DNA of 64,000 nt, taken from NCBI RefSeq assembly GCF_009914755.1, contig NC_060927.1. One strand, written 5' to 3'. How positions within the stretch are numbered: position 1 is the stretch's first letter; each line of letters begins with the position of its first letter. This stretch comes from the human T2T-CHM13v2.0 reference genome, Homo sapiens. The position numbers were made by a program, and so were the translations under genes. The notes beneath the pieces are model-generated. The model was not told where the DNA came from and did not search any database. It saw only the letters and a list, made by a program, of their open reading frames with translations. This document shows positions 1 through 17,013 of the stretch, piece by piece.

Positions 1-143
1 TCCATCTTAAAAAAAAAAAAAAAAGAAAATGCTCAAGCATACACAAAAGTAGAATAATGCAATTAGCACACCCCAATATTCCTATTACTCAGACTCAAGA
101 ATTAGAATAACATGATTTCTTAGTGACTGAATTCGCCATATAG

Positions 144-524
<381 letters not shown>

Positions 525-700
525 TAATTCATTTACTTAATTTAATGCTTATGCTGCTGTCCTGGCCTATTTTCTGTTAGATTTTGCTTAAAGAGAAACT
601 TAAAGATTCATCATTGAATAAGATACATTTTGAATGGCATTTTTTACTTGTGTTTTCTTTTTCTGGTCAGGCTGCTAGAGTACCTGATGTGAATTTAGTA

Positions 701-1150
701 TAGAGGTTCCCAAACTTTCTCCTTTGACAGTTCCCTTAGTAATTTTAGTAGTGTCCCTAGGCCAAAATAAGTAACAGTTCCATTTATTAATAGTTATGAA
801 ACAACTTAAAAATATGCTAACAACATAGCCATTTGAAAAAATATTATATGTAAATGAAAAAATTCATTCTTTTCATTCTTAAACTATGAATGGGATATAT
901 GCATCTGTTGAGCACTGTATAGCTTATCAAATCACTGCCATCTTTGTTTTGTTTCATGCTGATTTTTGCACCATACATGTTTTTAATCACAGCCACTGAA
1001 AACCCAGCCAGCTTTGTAAACATGACATCATTAAATGGAATGTAGCATGATGCTGTGTTGAAAACTGACCACAAGCTAATAGTTCACTTTGTGTCTATGT
1101 GAGTTTGTTACAGTGGCTTGGAGTTGCCTTGGTGCACGGTTTGAGAACCG
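701..1150. mobile_element. hAT-Charlie-like DNA transposon fossil
   Basis: Ends resemble Charlie TIRs (TAGAGGTTCCCAAACTTT ... GTTTGAGAACC); family from memory. Confidence 0.5.
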
Positions 1151-1232
1151 TGGTGTCTGATTATTGTGATTTTTTTTCTTTTCTCAATTTTTCTTAACTT
1201 TAAAGGATATATCTTAAAATATATATGTGTCC

Positions 1233-1530
1233 TTGGCTGGCTGCAGTGGCTCATGCCTACTGTAGTCCCAGCACTTTGGGAGGCTAAAGCAGGTAGATCG
1301 TTTGAGCACAGGAATTCAAGACCAGCCTGGGCAACATGGCGAAACCCCATCTCTACAAAAAAACACAAATATTAGCCAGGTGTGCACCTCTAGTCCCAGC
1401 TACTTGGGAGACCGAGGCGGGAGAATCACTTGAGCCCAGGATGTCACAGCTGCAGTGAGCTGTGATCGTGTCAACTGCACTCCAGCCCGGGTGAGAGAAC
1501 GAGACCTTGTCTCAAAATATATATATATAT
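1233..1530 (+). mobile_element. Alu SINE (AluJ-like)
   Basis: Dimeric Alu with (AT)n-degenerated tail. Confidence 0.93.
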
Positions 1531-3104
1531 CTCCTTAATATTGAAAGTGTTGTCTTTTCTGTTTTGACATTTAAGAGTTGGAATATTTTACAAAAATATA
1601 GATACTTAAGAATCTTATTGCATCTTCGTGGCGTAGAGGTACAGACATCCCATATATTTCTTAAAGTAGACATGTATAGAATGTCCCTAGATCCACATTT
1701 AAAGCCTACTTAAATTCACTTTGGAGCTAGCTTTGTCAGGTAACTGGTATTACTACAGAGATTTAAAACTATCTCATACCTTTTAGACCATTATGATAGA
1801 AGTGAATATTCTAATATACTGGATTTAGAAAAGGCCAGATATGCTATTTACAGTTGTGTTACTATATTGGTTTCCCTTTGTAAAGTAAGGGGAAATGGTC
1901 ACCACATGTATTTTTAAATTTTTCCTGTTAAGTAAACAATAATGGCCATCCTTTGGATATGTTTAAGTTTAGAGATGTCGTTCAGTAAGGCAGAGAGGGA
2001 ATCAGCATTGCTCACATTAGTTTGGAAATAAGTTGAACTTCAAAAGCTTACTAAAGAAGTGTAACTATCTTTATATTTTCATCTTTGTGTGATTTCTTTA
2101 CCCTGAATTTCAGAAGACCATTATAGAAAATGTAAAAATTTGATCTCTGAGAAATAGGAATGAGGCATCTTCAGAGTATCAGTGACATAAAAGTAAGATT
2201 CCTAGTTGAGTTAGGTATAATCTTGGGAATCTATTTTATCTAATATTTGTTCTAGTGTGTTGGAATATTCACTCACAACATATAGGTCTAAATCTGTTGG
2301 TAAAACATTGGCCTAAAATCCAGTATCTTATTTCTGACTGACTCCATGTAGCCTTGTAACCCTGGGTAAGGCAACAATCTCCTTGGCACCATGTCACTCA
2401 TGTAATGTAGGAATAATACTGCCTCTGTGGGTCAAGTGAAAGAATGTGTAAGGAATTGATTTACCAGTATATTAAGTATAAAAATATGTATGAGAATATG
2501 CTTTATGTATAAAATAAGCGTAATCTCATTTAAAACATGGCAGTGCAGATGAAACGAGTGCTGTAGGATTAATAATCTCATTGTGCTCAATTAGTTGGGG
2601 CAAATCCGATAAATTTAGACTATGACAGAGTCCCAGATTTTGAAGATGCTGTGGGGTCACTTGCTTTGAACTATATGGGGCTTATACTTGCATCATTATG
2701 AAATGTATGCCACATGATATTAACCCTAACAGAACAGTACACAGACTCCTGTCTCCTAATCTCCAACCTTGCATGCTATTCTCCATGCTATCATATTTTA
2801 ATTTACAATTCAAACAGAATCTGCCAAGGCACAGATTGTCTATGTAGAGTTCTGAAAACAAACAAACAAAACAGCATTGCACTTAGGGCTGTAACAGAAA
2901 AGGCTGAAGCTATACATAGGGAAAAAATATAAGTGGGTTTCCTTTTTGGTGATGTGAAGTGTGAAGCCAAGGATGCAGGCTAAGTCCTGCCCACGTTCAG
3001 CTTCTTCACTTAGGTGTCTAATACTTGGAATTCTACTATTAGACATTTATTCCTTTGATGTAAACCTTGCCCTCTTCTTGCAGGTCTCTTAAAAAGCAGA
3101 AACT

Positions 3105-3460
<356 letters not shown>

Positions 3461-3580
3461 TCACTGTAAATAAGGTTGTTCATTTATTCAGTTTTTACAT
3501 TTTATGAACCAGGCTCTGAGAGTTCAAAGACAAGTAAATTACTGACCTTGACTTGAAAAATGTTTACTTTAGTTTAGCTT

Positions 3581-3878
3581 GGGCTTGGCATAGTGGCTGA
3601 CATCTGTAATCCCAGCACTTTGTAAGGCCGAGACAGAAGGATTGCTTGGGGCCAGGAATTCGAGACCAACCTGGACAACATAGTGAGTCCTTTTGTGTGT
3701 ACAAAAATTAAAATATCCAGGCATGGTTATGCGCACCTGTGGTCCCAGCTACTTCGGAGGCTGAGGTGGAAGGATCACTTAAGCCTGGGAGATTGAGGCT
3801 ACAGTAAGCCTGTTCACACCACTATACTCCAGCTTGGGCGACAGCAAGACCCTGTCTTAAAAAATAAATAAAAATAAA
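3581..3878 (+). mobile_element. Alu SINE (AluJ-like)
   Basis: Diverged dimeric Alu with A-rich tail. Confidence 0.92.
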
Positions 3879-5120
3879 CTAGGGGATTCTGAAACACTGA
3901 GTTATATAGGGGCATGAGAACTAAAAAAATCAGAGTGAGTCTTGAGAGGCCGTGTTGGCACTGTGCAAGGTGAGGTTATGAGTAAGCAGGGTAAGGTGGT
4001 CAAGTGAGAGCAGAAGAGATACATAGGAAGGGGCAAGGGATTCCGGGAGGAAGGGGATGGTGGTGGGAGAAAGATTTCTTGCCACCAGAAGACATCGTGG
4101 TAATGTGGGCTTTGTTGTTCTTACCTCTCCTAGGGCTGTGACAGTCTAGTGTTAACTGGTGTGCTTCTCCAGACAGGGAATTACTGCGAAATTGTCTGCA
4201 ATGCAATTCCCGGATCCACTTGCCCCAGGACTCAGTCCTGTCAGCATTGGAGAGGAGTGGCAAGAGCAATATTTGTTCTTTCTGGGAGGCTCACATGTAA
4301 TCACTTGGGGCACCAGAGTACAGGGTGCTGGGCTGGTGGATTCCAATCACGATTCCTGTGATGGGTAGGAACTTGGCATTATTATCCAAAAGAACCAAGC
4401 CAGAGAGCAAAGGATCCACAGATGAAGGAATGTAAGTTGACGTTAAATGAGGCTGCAAGTGTTGAAAATGTGCGTGACAGAAGGAAAAAATCTGAGTTCA
4501 GTTTTGCAGTTTAGGATAATCAAACTCATCATCCTGGTTTAATAGTTAAGAAATAATGTTAAGGTTTACCTGAGTTCTCTTAGCACAAGAGTTAAACACC
4601 TCCCAAATCTCCACCTCCTCCAGTGCACCCCTCCCCCACACCCTCCCCGACCCCCTTGCTCTAGTGAGGCACAAAACCTTACCTGCTTTATTTCTGATTC
4701 TACCTGGGAAGAAGTTTCTATTTTAATTGGTTCCTTTTCTTCATCTTTTAGTAAAAAGCCAGCCTGCCTCCATTTAAAATAAATTTGCAGCACCAATATC
4801 TGGGGGAAAATAAGTGAAGTCAGGTTTCGTGTTTTTGTTTTCTTTCTTTCTTTCTTTTTTTTTTTTTTTTTTTTGTATTCTTTTAGATCTTTGTGGTTTC
4901 CTAGGAAAAACAAAAATAGGGTATATGAATTGGTGAAGTGCAAGCTGTTGAAGCTAGCATAGTATGACTTGGTCCAATTATAAGTTTAAAGTGCGTTTTG
5001 GTATCTATCCATCTGAAAGCTATGCAGGCCTAATTATGCCCCGTGCCCTCTGTCTTCTTACTGCCTAGCTATTGAACTACTCCTTTGTCACTGAGAAGGA
5101 AAGGCATGAAAACACAAGCT

Positions 5121-5648
<528 letters not shown>

Positions 5649-6890
5649 TAGTTTTATTTCTTGATAACTTCAGCCCAGACATAGTGTGAGTGGGGGAGGA
5701 AATACACTATCGGCCTCAAGGTTATTTGAGGCTTATCTCTAGTTCTTTCAGATTTCTAAAACATGGGAATTGGTAAGGACCCAGGAAAAGCGTTTAGTTT
5801 TATCCCATAGGGCAACTAAGTTTCCAGCAGTGGAAAGATTGCACTCTGGTTAAAGCTGGAGCTGCAAAGAAAACTCCCGTCTTGGGACTCCTGCCTGGGA
5901 GCACTTACCACCATATTAGACTGCCTGCTGGCCTGCCCTGAGGATCCTAATGGTCAGGGTAGACTTCCCCCAGCCCCCTCCTAGCACATTTGAGAGCAAA
6001 TACCTTTTTCCATTGGTCAGTCTTGTCTATGTCTTGGGTCATTGCTATATTGTTTATATGCCTTTGCTTCTCCTTCCCCCCATCAAGTTCACTTTAAAAA
6101 TAAACTCATTCTGCTTCTTTCTTAGAAAGACCAGCGTCCTTTTAGCAGACAAACATCACCTGAAAAAGTTTTTCTTCCCCCTTCAAGCTAATCTGTATCA
6201 GATCATAGGGACTGATTTTTCAAACTTAGAGGTCTTTTAGAAAGCAGAGTTCTAAAAAGAGTTTTAGAACTTTTAAAGTGTTCTTATTCTAACTTTTTAA
6301 GTGTTTGAAGAAAAGAGCAATTTAATGCCTTCAGAAGCTAATTCATTTACTTATTTAACCAACATTTGAATTCCCACTCCGTGCTTCAGTCACCTCATTA
6401 TACTGAAACAGAAGAGAGTCATAATGAAGTTCTCAGATACTTTGATTCTGCTTTAGACAGAGCTATGGAGGGAGTGATGTTTCCTTTATTAACTCATGCA
6501 GCTTTTTGATGAGGCCTCCTGGGATCTCAGTAGCGGGCCTGGATGAGACAGAGATAAGCCTCCAACATGAGGGCAGGCTCAGCTTCCATAATTAGGGTTA
6601 TAGAGAGGCAGTGTGCTTTGGTGGCTAAAAGAACGAACTGTAGAGTCAGACAGGCCTGGGTGCATTACTGTGTGGTACATTTATAACAGTTAAGGAACTC
6701 ATATTTGTGCATTAGTAACCAGGCACATTTTATTAATAGTTCACTAGATTTTTCCTAATGTCCTTTTTCTGTTCTAGGATCCCATCCAGGACACTACATT
6801 ACATTTAATTTTCATGTCTCTTCAGTCTCCCCTTGTCTGTAACAATTTCTAAGACTTGTTTATAATGACCTTGACAGTTTTGTTTAGTAC

Positions 6891-7516
6891 TGAAGTGGCG
6901 TGGACATCATTTGTCTGGGTAAATACCTGAGGTTGGTTGTCTCATGCCAAGGAAATTGAAGACTTAGACACACAAGGAGTGGTTTTAGGAGCAGAGGTTC
7001 AATAGGCAAAAGTAAGAGAAAGGAGTATAGCTCTCCCTCCTGCAGAGAGGGGGGTGCCTGAGTGGGACTTCTGGTCCGCAGCTGAGTGCACAAGATTTTA
7101 TAGACTGGCTTGAGGAGGCAGTGTCTATAGGACCCAAAGATTGGTTGGACCAGGTGTGATGTTTACATAGCACACAAAGAAGCTGTCCACCCACCCTAAT
7201 CTTTTTATTATGCAAATGTGTTTTCTACCTGGCTGGCTCCATGTTGTCTGCTCCTTACTGTACACATGGTTGGCAAAGAAGAGGGAAGATGGAGCTGCCA
7301 TGTTGAACATGCCTAACCCCCACATAGCCTTTTCCTATTGGTACAGCTGCCAGCATTCACCCATGCAAGCTTCCAGCTTGCTTATCTGTGTCTGCAGCTT
7401 GATTTTTACAGGCTATTCTTTGTTTTGTGACAGCTTTTCATTAAAAGGAAAACCTTACCGAGGACTTCCTTACCCTCACTATCTACCTAAGTAATTTCTT
7501 TTTACTTCCTATATCA
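6891..7516 (-). mobile_element. ERV1 solo LTR (MER50-like)
   Basis: TG...CA termini; 4-bp TSD GTAC (6887-6890, 7517-7520). Confidence 0.85.
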
Positions 7517-7781
7517 GTACTGGTCAGGTACTTTGTTGAATGCGCCTTGTTTTGTTTTCTTTTTAATAATTTTATTGCGATAGAATTTACATAACAGAAT
7601 TCACCCATTTAAGGTGTACAATTCAATGGTTTTAAGTATATTCACAGAGCTGTGCAACCATTGCCACCATCAATTGTAGAACATTTTCTTTTTTAAAAGA
7701 TATATCACAATTTGTTTATTCACCAACTGATCGACATCTGGGTTGCTTCTAATTAGGGGCTGTGATGAAAAGAGTTCCTAT

Positions 7782-8745
7782 TGTAATTGCCCATTGGGTT
7801 TACCTTGCCTGCTGCCTACACAGAGCCAATTTATCAAGACAGGGGAATTGCAATAGAGAAAGAGTAATTTACACAGAGCCAGCTGTGCAGGAGACCAGAG
7901 GTTTTTTATTACTCAAATCAGTCTCCCAGAGCATTTGGGGGTCAGAGTTTTTAAGGATTATTTGGTGGGTAGGGGGACCAGCGAGTTGGGAGTACTAATT
8001 GGTTGGTTCAGAGATGAAATCATAGGGAGTTGAAGCTGTCTTCTTGGGTTGAGTCAATTTTTGTGTGGGGGCTACAAGATCAGATGAGCCAGTTGATGTA
8101 TCTGGGTGGTGCCAGCTGATCCATCAAGTGCAGGGTGTGCAAAATATCTCTTGGGAGCAGTTTAGAGAGGTCAGAATCCTGTAGCCTCCAGCTGTGTGAC
8201 TCCTAAACCATAATTTCTAATCTTTTGGATAATTTGTTAGTCCTACAAAGGCAATCTAGTCCCTAGGCAAGAAGGAGGTCTCCTTATTTTTATTTATTTA
8301 TTTATTTATTTTTTGAGACAGAGTCTCGTTCTGTTGCCCAGGCTGGAGTACAGTGGCGCGATCTTGGCTCTGCAAGCTCCACCTCCCAGGTTCACACCAT
8401 TTTTCCCGCCTCAGCCTGCCAAGTAGCTGGGACTACAGGTGCCTGCCACCACACCTGGCTAATTTTTTTTTTTTTTTTTTTTTTGTATTTTTAGTAGAGA
8501 CGGCGTTTCACCATGTTAGCCAGGATGGTCTCGATCTCCTGACCTCGTGATCCGCCCGCCTCGGCCTCCCAAAGTGCTGGGATTACATCATCTTTGTTTT
8601 AAACTCTAAATTAAGTTCCTCGCAAAGTTAGTTTGCCCTATGCCCAGGAATGAACAAGGACAGCTTGGAGGTTAGAAGCAAGATGGAGTTGGTTAGGTCA
8701 GATCTCTTTCGCTGTCACAGTTATAATTTTGCAATGGTAGTTTCA
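7782..8745 (-). mobile_element. ERV1 solo LTR (LTR8-like) containing an Alu
   Basis: TG...CA termini; 4-bp TSD CTAT (7778-7781, 8746-8749). Confidence 0.85.
8284..8587 (-). mobile_element. Alu SINE (AluY-like), missing first ~20 nt
   Basis: Antisense Alu ending at GGGATTACA; (TTTA)n tail. Confidence 0.93.
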
Positions 8746-9594
8746 CTATGACGTTGTAGAAGCTTTCATGGATATATTCATTCATTTATCTTGGGCACAT
8801 TCTTAGGAGTGAAATTGCTGTGATATATGTTTAACTTTTTAAACATTATCCAGTATAATTCTTATTTTATTTATTTTTTTCTTTCTAAATTTTATTTTAG
8901 GTTTGGGGGTACATGTGCAGGTTTGTTACATGGGTAAATTACGTGCTGTGGGGGTTTGGTGTACAGATTATTTTGTCACCCAGGTAATAAGCATGGTACC
9001 TGATACATAGTTTTTTGATTCTCTCTCCTCCCACCCTCTACCCTCAAGTAGGCCCTGGTGTCTGTTGTTTCCTTCTTAGTGTCCATGTGTACTCAGTGTT
9101 TAGCTCCCACTTATAAGTGAGAACCTGCAGTATTTGATTTTCTGCTCCTGCCTTAATTCACTTAGGATAATGGCCTCCAGCTCCATTCATGTTACTTCTG
9201 GGGACATGATTTCATTCTTATTTATGGCTGTGTAGTATTCCATGGTGTACATGTACCACATTTTCATTATCCAGTTCATGGGCATTTAGGTTGATTCTGT
9301 GTCTTTGCTACTGTAAATAGTGCTGTGATGAACATATGCATGCATGTGTCTTTATGGTAGAACAATTTATATTTCTTTGGGTGTATACCCAGTAATGGGA
9401 TTGCTGGGTCAAATTGTAATTCTGTTTTAAGTTCTTTGAGAAATCTCCAAACTGCTTTCCACAGACGCTGAACTAATTTACACTCCCATCAGCATAAGTA
9501 TTCTCTTTACTCCATAACCTTGCTACTATCTGTTATTTTTTGGACTTTTTAATAATAGCCATCCTGATGGTGTGAGATGGTATCTCATTGTGGC

Positions 9595-9904
9595 TTTTTT
9601 TTTTTTTTTTTTTTTTTTTTTTGAGACAGAGTCTTGCTCTGTCACCCAGGCTGGAGTTCAGTGGCACAATCTCGGCTCATTGCAACCTCCGCCTCCTGGG
9701 TTCGATGCCATTCTTCTGCCTCAGCCTCCTGAGTAGCTGGTACTACAGATGCCTGCCACCATGCCCGGCTAATTTTTTTGTATTTTTAGTAAAGACGGGT
9801 TTCACTGTGTTAGCCAGGATGGTCTCCATCTTCTGACCTCATGATCTGCCCACCTTGGCCTCCCAAAGTGCTGGGATTACAGGCGTGAGCCACTGTGCCC
9901 AGCC
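9595..9904 (-). mobile_element. Alu SINE inside L1
   Basis: Antisense Alu; CTCATTGTG repeated on both sides. Confidence 0.95.
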
Positions 9905-10073
9905 TCATTGTGTTTTTGATATGCATTTTACTAATGATTAGTAAGCTGTTGAGTATTTTTTCATGTGCTTCTTGGCCATGTGTATATCTTCTTTTGAAGT
10001 GTCTGTTCATGTCCTTTGCCTGTTTTTTAATGGGGTTATTTGTTTTTTGCTTGTTGACTTAAGTTCCTTATAG

Positions 10074-10850
<777 letters not shown>

Positions 10851-12874
10851 TAGTATAGTTTGAAGTTGGGTAGTATGATGCCTGCTTTTATTCTTTTTGC
10901 TTAGGATTACTTTGGCTATTCAGGCTCTTTCTTGGTTCTATATGAATTTTAGAATAGTTTTTTTCTAATTCTGTGAAAAATGTCATTGGTAATTTGATAG
11001 AAATAGCACTGAATCTATAAATTGCTTTGGGCACTGTGGCCATTTTAACAATATTGATTTTTCCTATCAATGAGCATGGAATATTTTTCCATTTGATTGT
11101 GTCACCTCTGATATCTTTTGGCAATATTTTGTAATTCTCATTATAGAGATAATTGTACAACAGTTTTATCACCGCTAAAAAAAAAACTTCAGTAATAAGA
11201 CTGACCACTTGAAAAAAATAAAAATAAATAAATAAAAAGAAACTCCCTACCCATTAGTGGTTATTCTCAGTTTCCCCTCAAACTTCCCTGCCCTAGGCAA
11301 CCACGAATCTACTTTCTGTCTCTATGGTTTTTAGGGCTAGGGCAGAAGATTGTCTATTCTGGACATTTCATACACATGCAATGAGATATTATGTAGTCTT
11401 TTGTGACTGCTGTCACTGAGCATGCTTTCATTGTTTATCCACATTATAGATTGTACCAGTATTTCATTTACTTTTATTGCCAAATAATATTTCCTCAATT
11501 TTGGTTTGCATGATATTTCTTTCAGAATGAAGTTATGGATTTTGTGAGGAAAACCACAGAGGTGAAGTGCCTTCATGATGTCATTTCAGGAGGAACATGC
11601 TATCTCTGTGACTTGGCACTGGTGATGTTAACCTTGACTACCAGGCCAAGGTAGTGTTGGCCAGGTTCCTTCACTGTAAATTTACTTATTCTTTCCTTTC
11701 TATACTCTACTCTTTGGAAGCAATTGGGGGAAGAGAGTGGAAGGTGGGAGTATCTACATGAAGTAGAGTTCTGTACAGGAGATTTGGCTCTTTTCTCCCA
11801 TTCAGTCATTTGTTTAGACCAGTATGTACTCATGGATATTTATTTTATTATACTTTGGGACTATGTTATTTATTTTGCTGTTGAAAGTGTTCCGGCTTTG
11901 GCCACTGGGAGCTCTTTTAGGTTGGCACCTTTGTCGCTTTGACATGTCTGATCTTTTTTTCTTTTTGTAAAGCCTTTCTTTCTGTCATATTCTAGGTTCA
12001 CCTTATATATTCCCTGCCCCAGCCCTAAAATCAGCCACTTCTTCAAAGAGCTCTGGTTTCTTTTGGAGAATGGTATAGAAACCAAGATCTAGCAGCTTGT
12101 TGCTACTGGGGTGTGTGTTGCTGCCTCCAGGCCCTCTCAGTGGACAAGCTAGGAAATATGAGTGTATATTAGCCCATGTGTATACACATGATTCTAATTG
12201 TTTTGATATCTATTTAACTGTGTCTATCTTAAGGTAAACATGGCTTTGAAGTAACGTCACTTTTAAATAAACACATTGTGAGATGGGCAGACACCTCAAG
12301 AGAGGTTTAGTGTTTAAACGCTGTGGCCTCTTAACACAGGATAGGACTGTTCGTTCCATAAATGGAAACACAGTTCCAAAGAATCCTCCACCTGATATAA
12401 CCTATGCATTTCACACTCAGCTGTAAAGGCACTGTGATTCTCCTCATTGGGAGAGAACTCCCATCACACCATGGGCTCCTGTTCTCAGGGTCTCCAGTGG
12501 GGTGTCTCTTCTAGGTGCAAATTCTCAGAGTCCGATAACCTGAGACAGCAGCATATTGGTTAAATGAATTAAAGTACATCCATGTAATAGATTATGAAAA
12601 TTGATGTGATAGAAAATTGTAATCGCAAGAAGATACTTTTGGTATATGAAACATTATGTAGTAGTTAAGCTTATTTCTACAGAAATATGCATATGAAAAA
12701 ATTTTAAGGATGTTCATTAAAATGTTTTTGGTGAGTTACCACAGGATAATGAAATTAGAGAATATTCCAATTTTCCCCCCTTTTTGGTTTGAATTTTCTA
12801 AATTCCCCACAACACATGCTACTTTCATAGGAGAAAAAAAAAATATTCCCCAAGTGATACTCCTCTGAGTATCA

Positions 12875-13178
12875 TTTTTATTTTTATTTTTTTTGAGATA
12901 GAGCCTTTCTCTGTCGCCCAGGCTGGAATGCAGTGGCGCAATCTCGGCCCACTGCAACCTCCACCTCCTGGTTCAAGCAATCCTCCCACCTCAGCTTCCC
13001 TAGTAGCTGGGATTACAGGTACATGCCACTATACCTGGCTAATTTTTTTGTGTTTTTTAGTAGAGATGGGGTTTTACCATGTTGGCCAGGCTGGTCTCAA
13101 ACTCCTGACTTCAAGTCATCCACCTGCCTCAGCCTCCCAAAGTGCTGGGATAACAGGTGTGAGCCACCGTGCTCGGCC
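12875..13178 (-). mobile_element. Alu SINE
   Basis: Antisense Alu consensus. Confidence 0.95.
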
Positions 13179-14076
13179 AACTAACAGCACTTTAAACGCT
13201 AATTTTGTTTAACCAGTACCTGAAGAAACCAGGAATAGGACTTTTAGATAAAATTAATGGTTTAAAAGTGATTTGCAGGGCCTTGGGGACATGTGAAAGG
13301 GAAGTCTTGATAAAAGCAAAAGATTTTGGTACTTGGCAAGGGAGCATAAGTTCTTGAAAGCCCAAGAAAAAGTGAAAACACTACAGAAAAGCAGTTGCCT
13401 ACCAGGAAACCCCAATCTTGTGGTTTGACTTAATGACCTTGTTGGACCAGGTGTTTTGAACTAAATAGTTCTCGGGAAGCTGGGCACCTTGTAAGGTGAA
13501 ACGAGCTCCATGTTACCTAACTTGTATAAGTAAATCCACAACTGGAAGTCACGCCACTAGGGACCTGCATTAGAGAGGGGAAAACCATGAGTTATCTGCC
13601 TGCAGGAGAGACAGCTCAGGCCTCCAGGAGACTTGAACATGCATTCTGTAGCAGGTAAACAGTGACTCTTGAAAGGTGCACATAATTGGAAATGGATGTG
13701 TTTGTGAGGGGGTGGGGAGCGATGGTGTACACCTAACGATATACTACAACACTAATTGTTTTATCTTTGGTTAGTTTGTTTCTTGACTTTTAATATTGGG
13801 TCACTGTCAATAATTAACATGTGATTAATAGTTACCCTAACCAGAGAAATTTATTTAGAAAAACACAAACTGGTTTACATTGATCTAAATTCATTGTAAG
13901 CTTCAGCAAACTTTCTTTCCCAGATATCAAAATTTGTTGTCACATGAGAGTTAAAGGGAAAAAGCTTTCATAGTTTCTCAAGCTATTTAAAAAATTCCAT
14001 AGTTTTTGCTTCTGGCTCTCCTAACTTTTTTAGGTTTTGTTTTCATGATAACATTTTATTCAAGATTTAAATATTA

Positions 14077-14241
<165 letters not shown>

Positions 14242-14925
14242 GATTTAAATATTAAATTTCTTAAATCATAAATTTCAACTGAGCACTCAAGAACAAGTGC
14301 TAGAAAACCTGGAGACTAGTAAAGATGGGATTGGATAGATCTTCTAGGTCCCATCTAATCTCCATCATAGTGAACTGGAGGACTGAATGAACCAGTGGTT
14401 AAGGGAAACAGAAAAGGTTGAACCCAAAGAAGATGAAGCATGGCTAAATGACTCTACCACGCAGTAGATACGGCCTCAGACAAACTTACTTAACCTCATA
14501 TAACCTCACAGCTCTGTCAAGTAGGTGTTATTATTTTCATCCCCAGTTTGCAGATGACAAACAGGCAATGAGGGCAAAGCCTTTAGAATACAGCTTGGGC
14601 TATAGAAAGTTCTACATAAGTGTCGTTTAAATAAATGCACACAAAAAGGTAATTGGTAGAAAAATTTAATGAGCCAATTGAGACCATACTGTGTCTGTGA
14701 CCTTGTCCGTGCCTCAAAACTCTGCTTGTGAATCTTACAGCCTCTAAGGAGCAAAGTTGATGTCAAGTTATTTTCCAGACTGATAAATTTAGATCCTCAG
14801 CTGCTTCTTGATGACTGGATACTGCACATTTTTATAAACGTAGGCTTAAAGGAATTCCAAGTTTGGCAACTAGTGCTGCAGGAGATGAGAAGAGAGGATA
14901 AACTATCCCTCATATGTGATATCTA

Positions 14926-15327
<402 letters not shown>

Positions 15328-15524
15328 CTAGGGGATTGCAGGACAAGGGTATTGTTCTATGAAATTTAACTCCTGGTTTGTAAAATCTAAAAAGCCATTT
15401 TCTCTAGTCCACAGTGTGTGTATATATATTTAACTGAAAATTCGGAAAATAGGGAATTTGAGGAAAGTTTCTGCTGCTATATATTAATATGTATTTTATA
15501 TATATATTAATAAGTATATTTAAA

Positions 15525-17013
15525 ATATACTTATACTTTCGGTTCTGGGATACATGTGTAGAACGTGCAGGTTTGTTACATAGGTATATATGTCCCATGG
15601 TGGTTTGCTGCACCCATCAACCTGTCATCTACATTAGATATTTCTCCTAATGCTATCCCTCCCCTAGCCCCTGACCCTGTGACAGGCTCCGGTGTGTGAT
15701 GTTCCCCTCCCTGTGTCCATGTGTTCTCATTGTTCAACTCCCACTTATGAGTAAGAACATGCAGTGTTTGGTTTTCTGTTCTTGTATTAGTTTGCTGAGA
15801 ATGATGGTTTCCAGCTTCATCCATGTTCCTGTAAAGGACATGACCTCATCCTTTTTTATGGCTGCATAGTATTCTATGGTGTATATGTGCCACGTTTTCT
15901 TTGTCCAATCTGTCATCGATGGGCATTTGGGTTGGTTCCAAGTTTTTGCTATTGTGAATAGTGCCGCAATAAACATACGTGTGCATGTGTTTTATAGTAG
16001 AATGATTTATAATCCTTTGGGTGTATACCCAGTAATGGGATTGCTGGGTCAAATGGTATTTCCAGTTCTAGATCCTTGAGGAATTGCCACACTGCCTTCC
16101 ACAGTGGTTGAACTAATTTACACTCCCAACAGTGTAAAAGCGTTCCCATTTCTCCACATCCTCTTCGGCACCTGTTGTTTCCTGACTTTTTAATGATTGC
16201 CATTCTAACTGGCGTGAGATGGTATCTCATTGTGGTTTTGATTTGCATTTCACTAATGACCAGTGATGATGAGCTTTTTTTCTTTTTTTTTTTTTAATTT
16301 TTTTTATTTATTTAATTTTTTTTATTTTTTATTTTTTATTGATCATTCTTGGGTGTTTCTCGCAGAGGGGGATTTGGCAGGGTCATAGGACAATAGTGGA
16401 AGGAAGGTCAGCAGATAAACAAGTGAACAAAGGTCTCTGGTTTTCCTAGGCAGAGGACCCTGCGGCCTTCCGCAGTGTTTGTGTCCCTGGGTACTTGAGA
16501 TTAGGGAGTGGTGATGACTCTTAACGAGCATGCTGCCTTCAAGCATGTGTTTAACAAAGCACATCTTGCACTGCCCTTAATCCATTTAACCCTGAGTGGA
16601 CACAGCACATGTTTCAGAGAGCACCGGGTTGGGGGTAAGGTCATAGATCAACAGCATCCCAAGGCAGAAGAATTTTTCTTAGTACAGAACAAAATGGAGT
16701 CTCCTATGTCTACTTCTTTCTACACAGACACAGCAACAATCTGATTTCTCTATCTTTTCCGCACATTTCCCCCTTTTCTATTCGACAAAACCGCCATCGT
16801 CATCATGGCCCGTTCTCAATGAGCTGTTGGGTACACCTCCCAGACGGGGTGGCGGCCGGGCAGAGGGGCTCCTCACTTCCCAGAAGGGGCGGCTGGGCAG
16901 AGGCGCCCCCCACCTCCCGGAAGGGGCAGTGGCCAGGTGGAGGCTGCCCCCCGCCTCCCTCCCGGATGGGGCGGATGAGCTTTTTTTCATATGTTTGTTG
17001 GTCACATAAATGT
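15525..17013 (-). mobile_element. 5'-truncated L1PA 3' end interrupted by SVA
   Basis: ORF2 C-terminal peptides ([21 protein letters not shown]; [20 protein letters not shown]) and 3'UTR; L1 resumes after the SVA. Confidence 0.93.
16283..16973 (-). mobile_element. 5'-truncated SVA (SINE-R plus few VNTR units)
   Basis: Poly-T, SINE-R (GATCATTCTTGGGTGTTTCTCGCAGAGG...), GC-rich VNTR; exact 15-bp TSD GATGAGCTTTTTTTC at 16268-16282 and 16974-16988. Confidence 0.96.
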
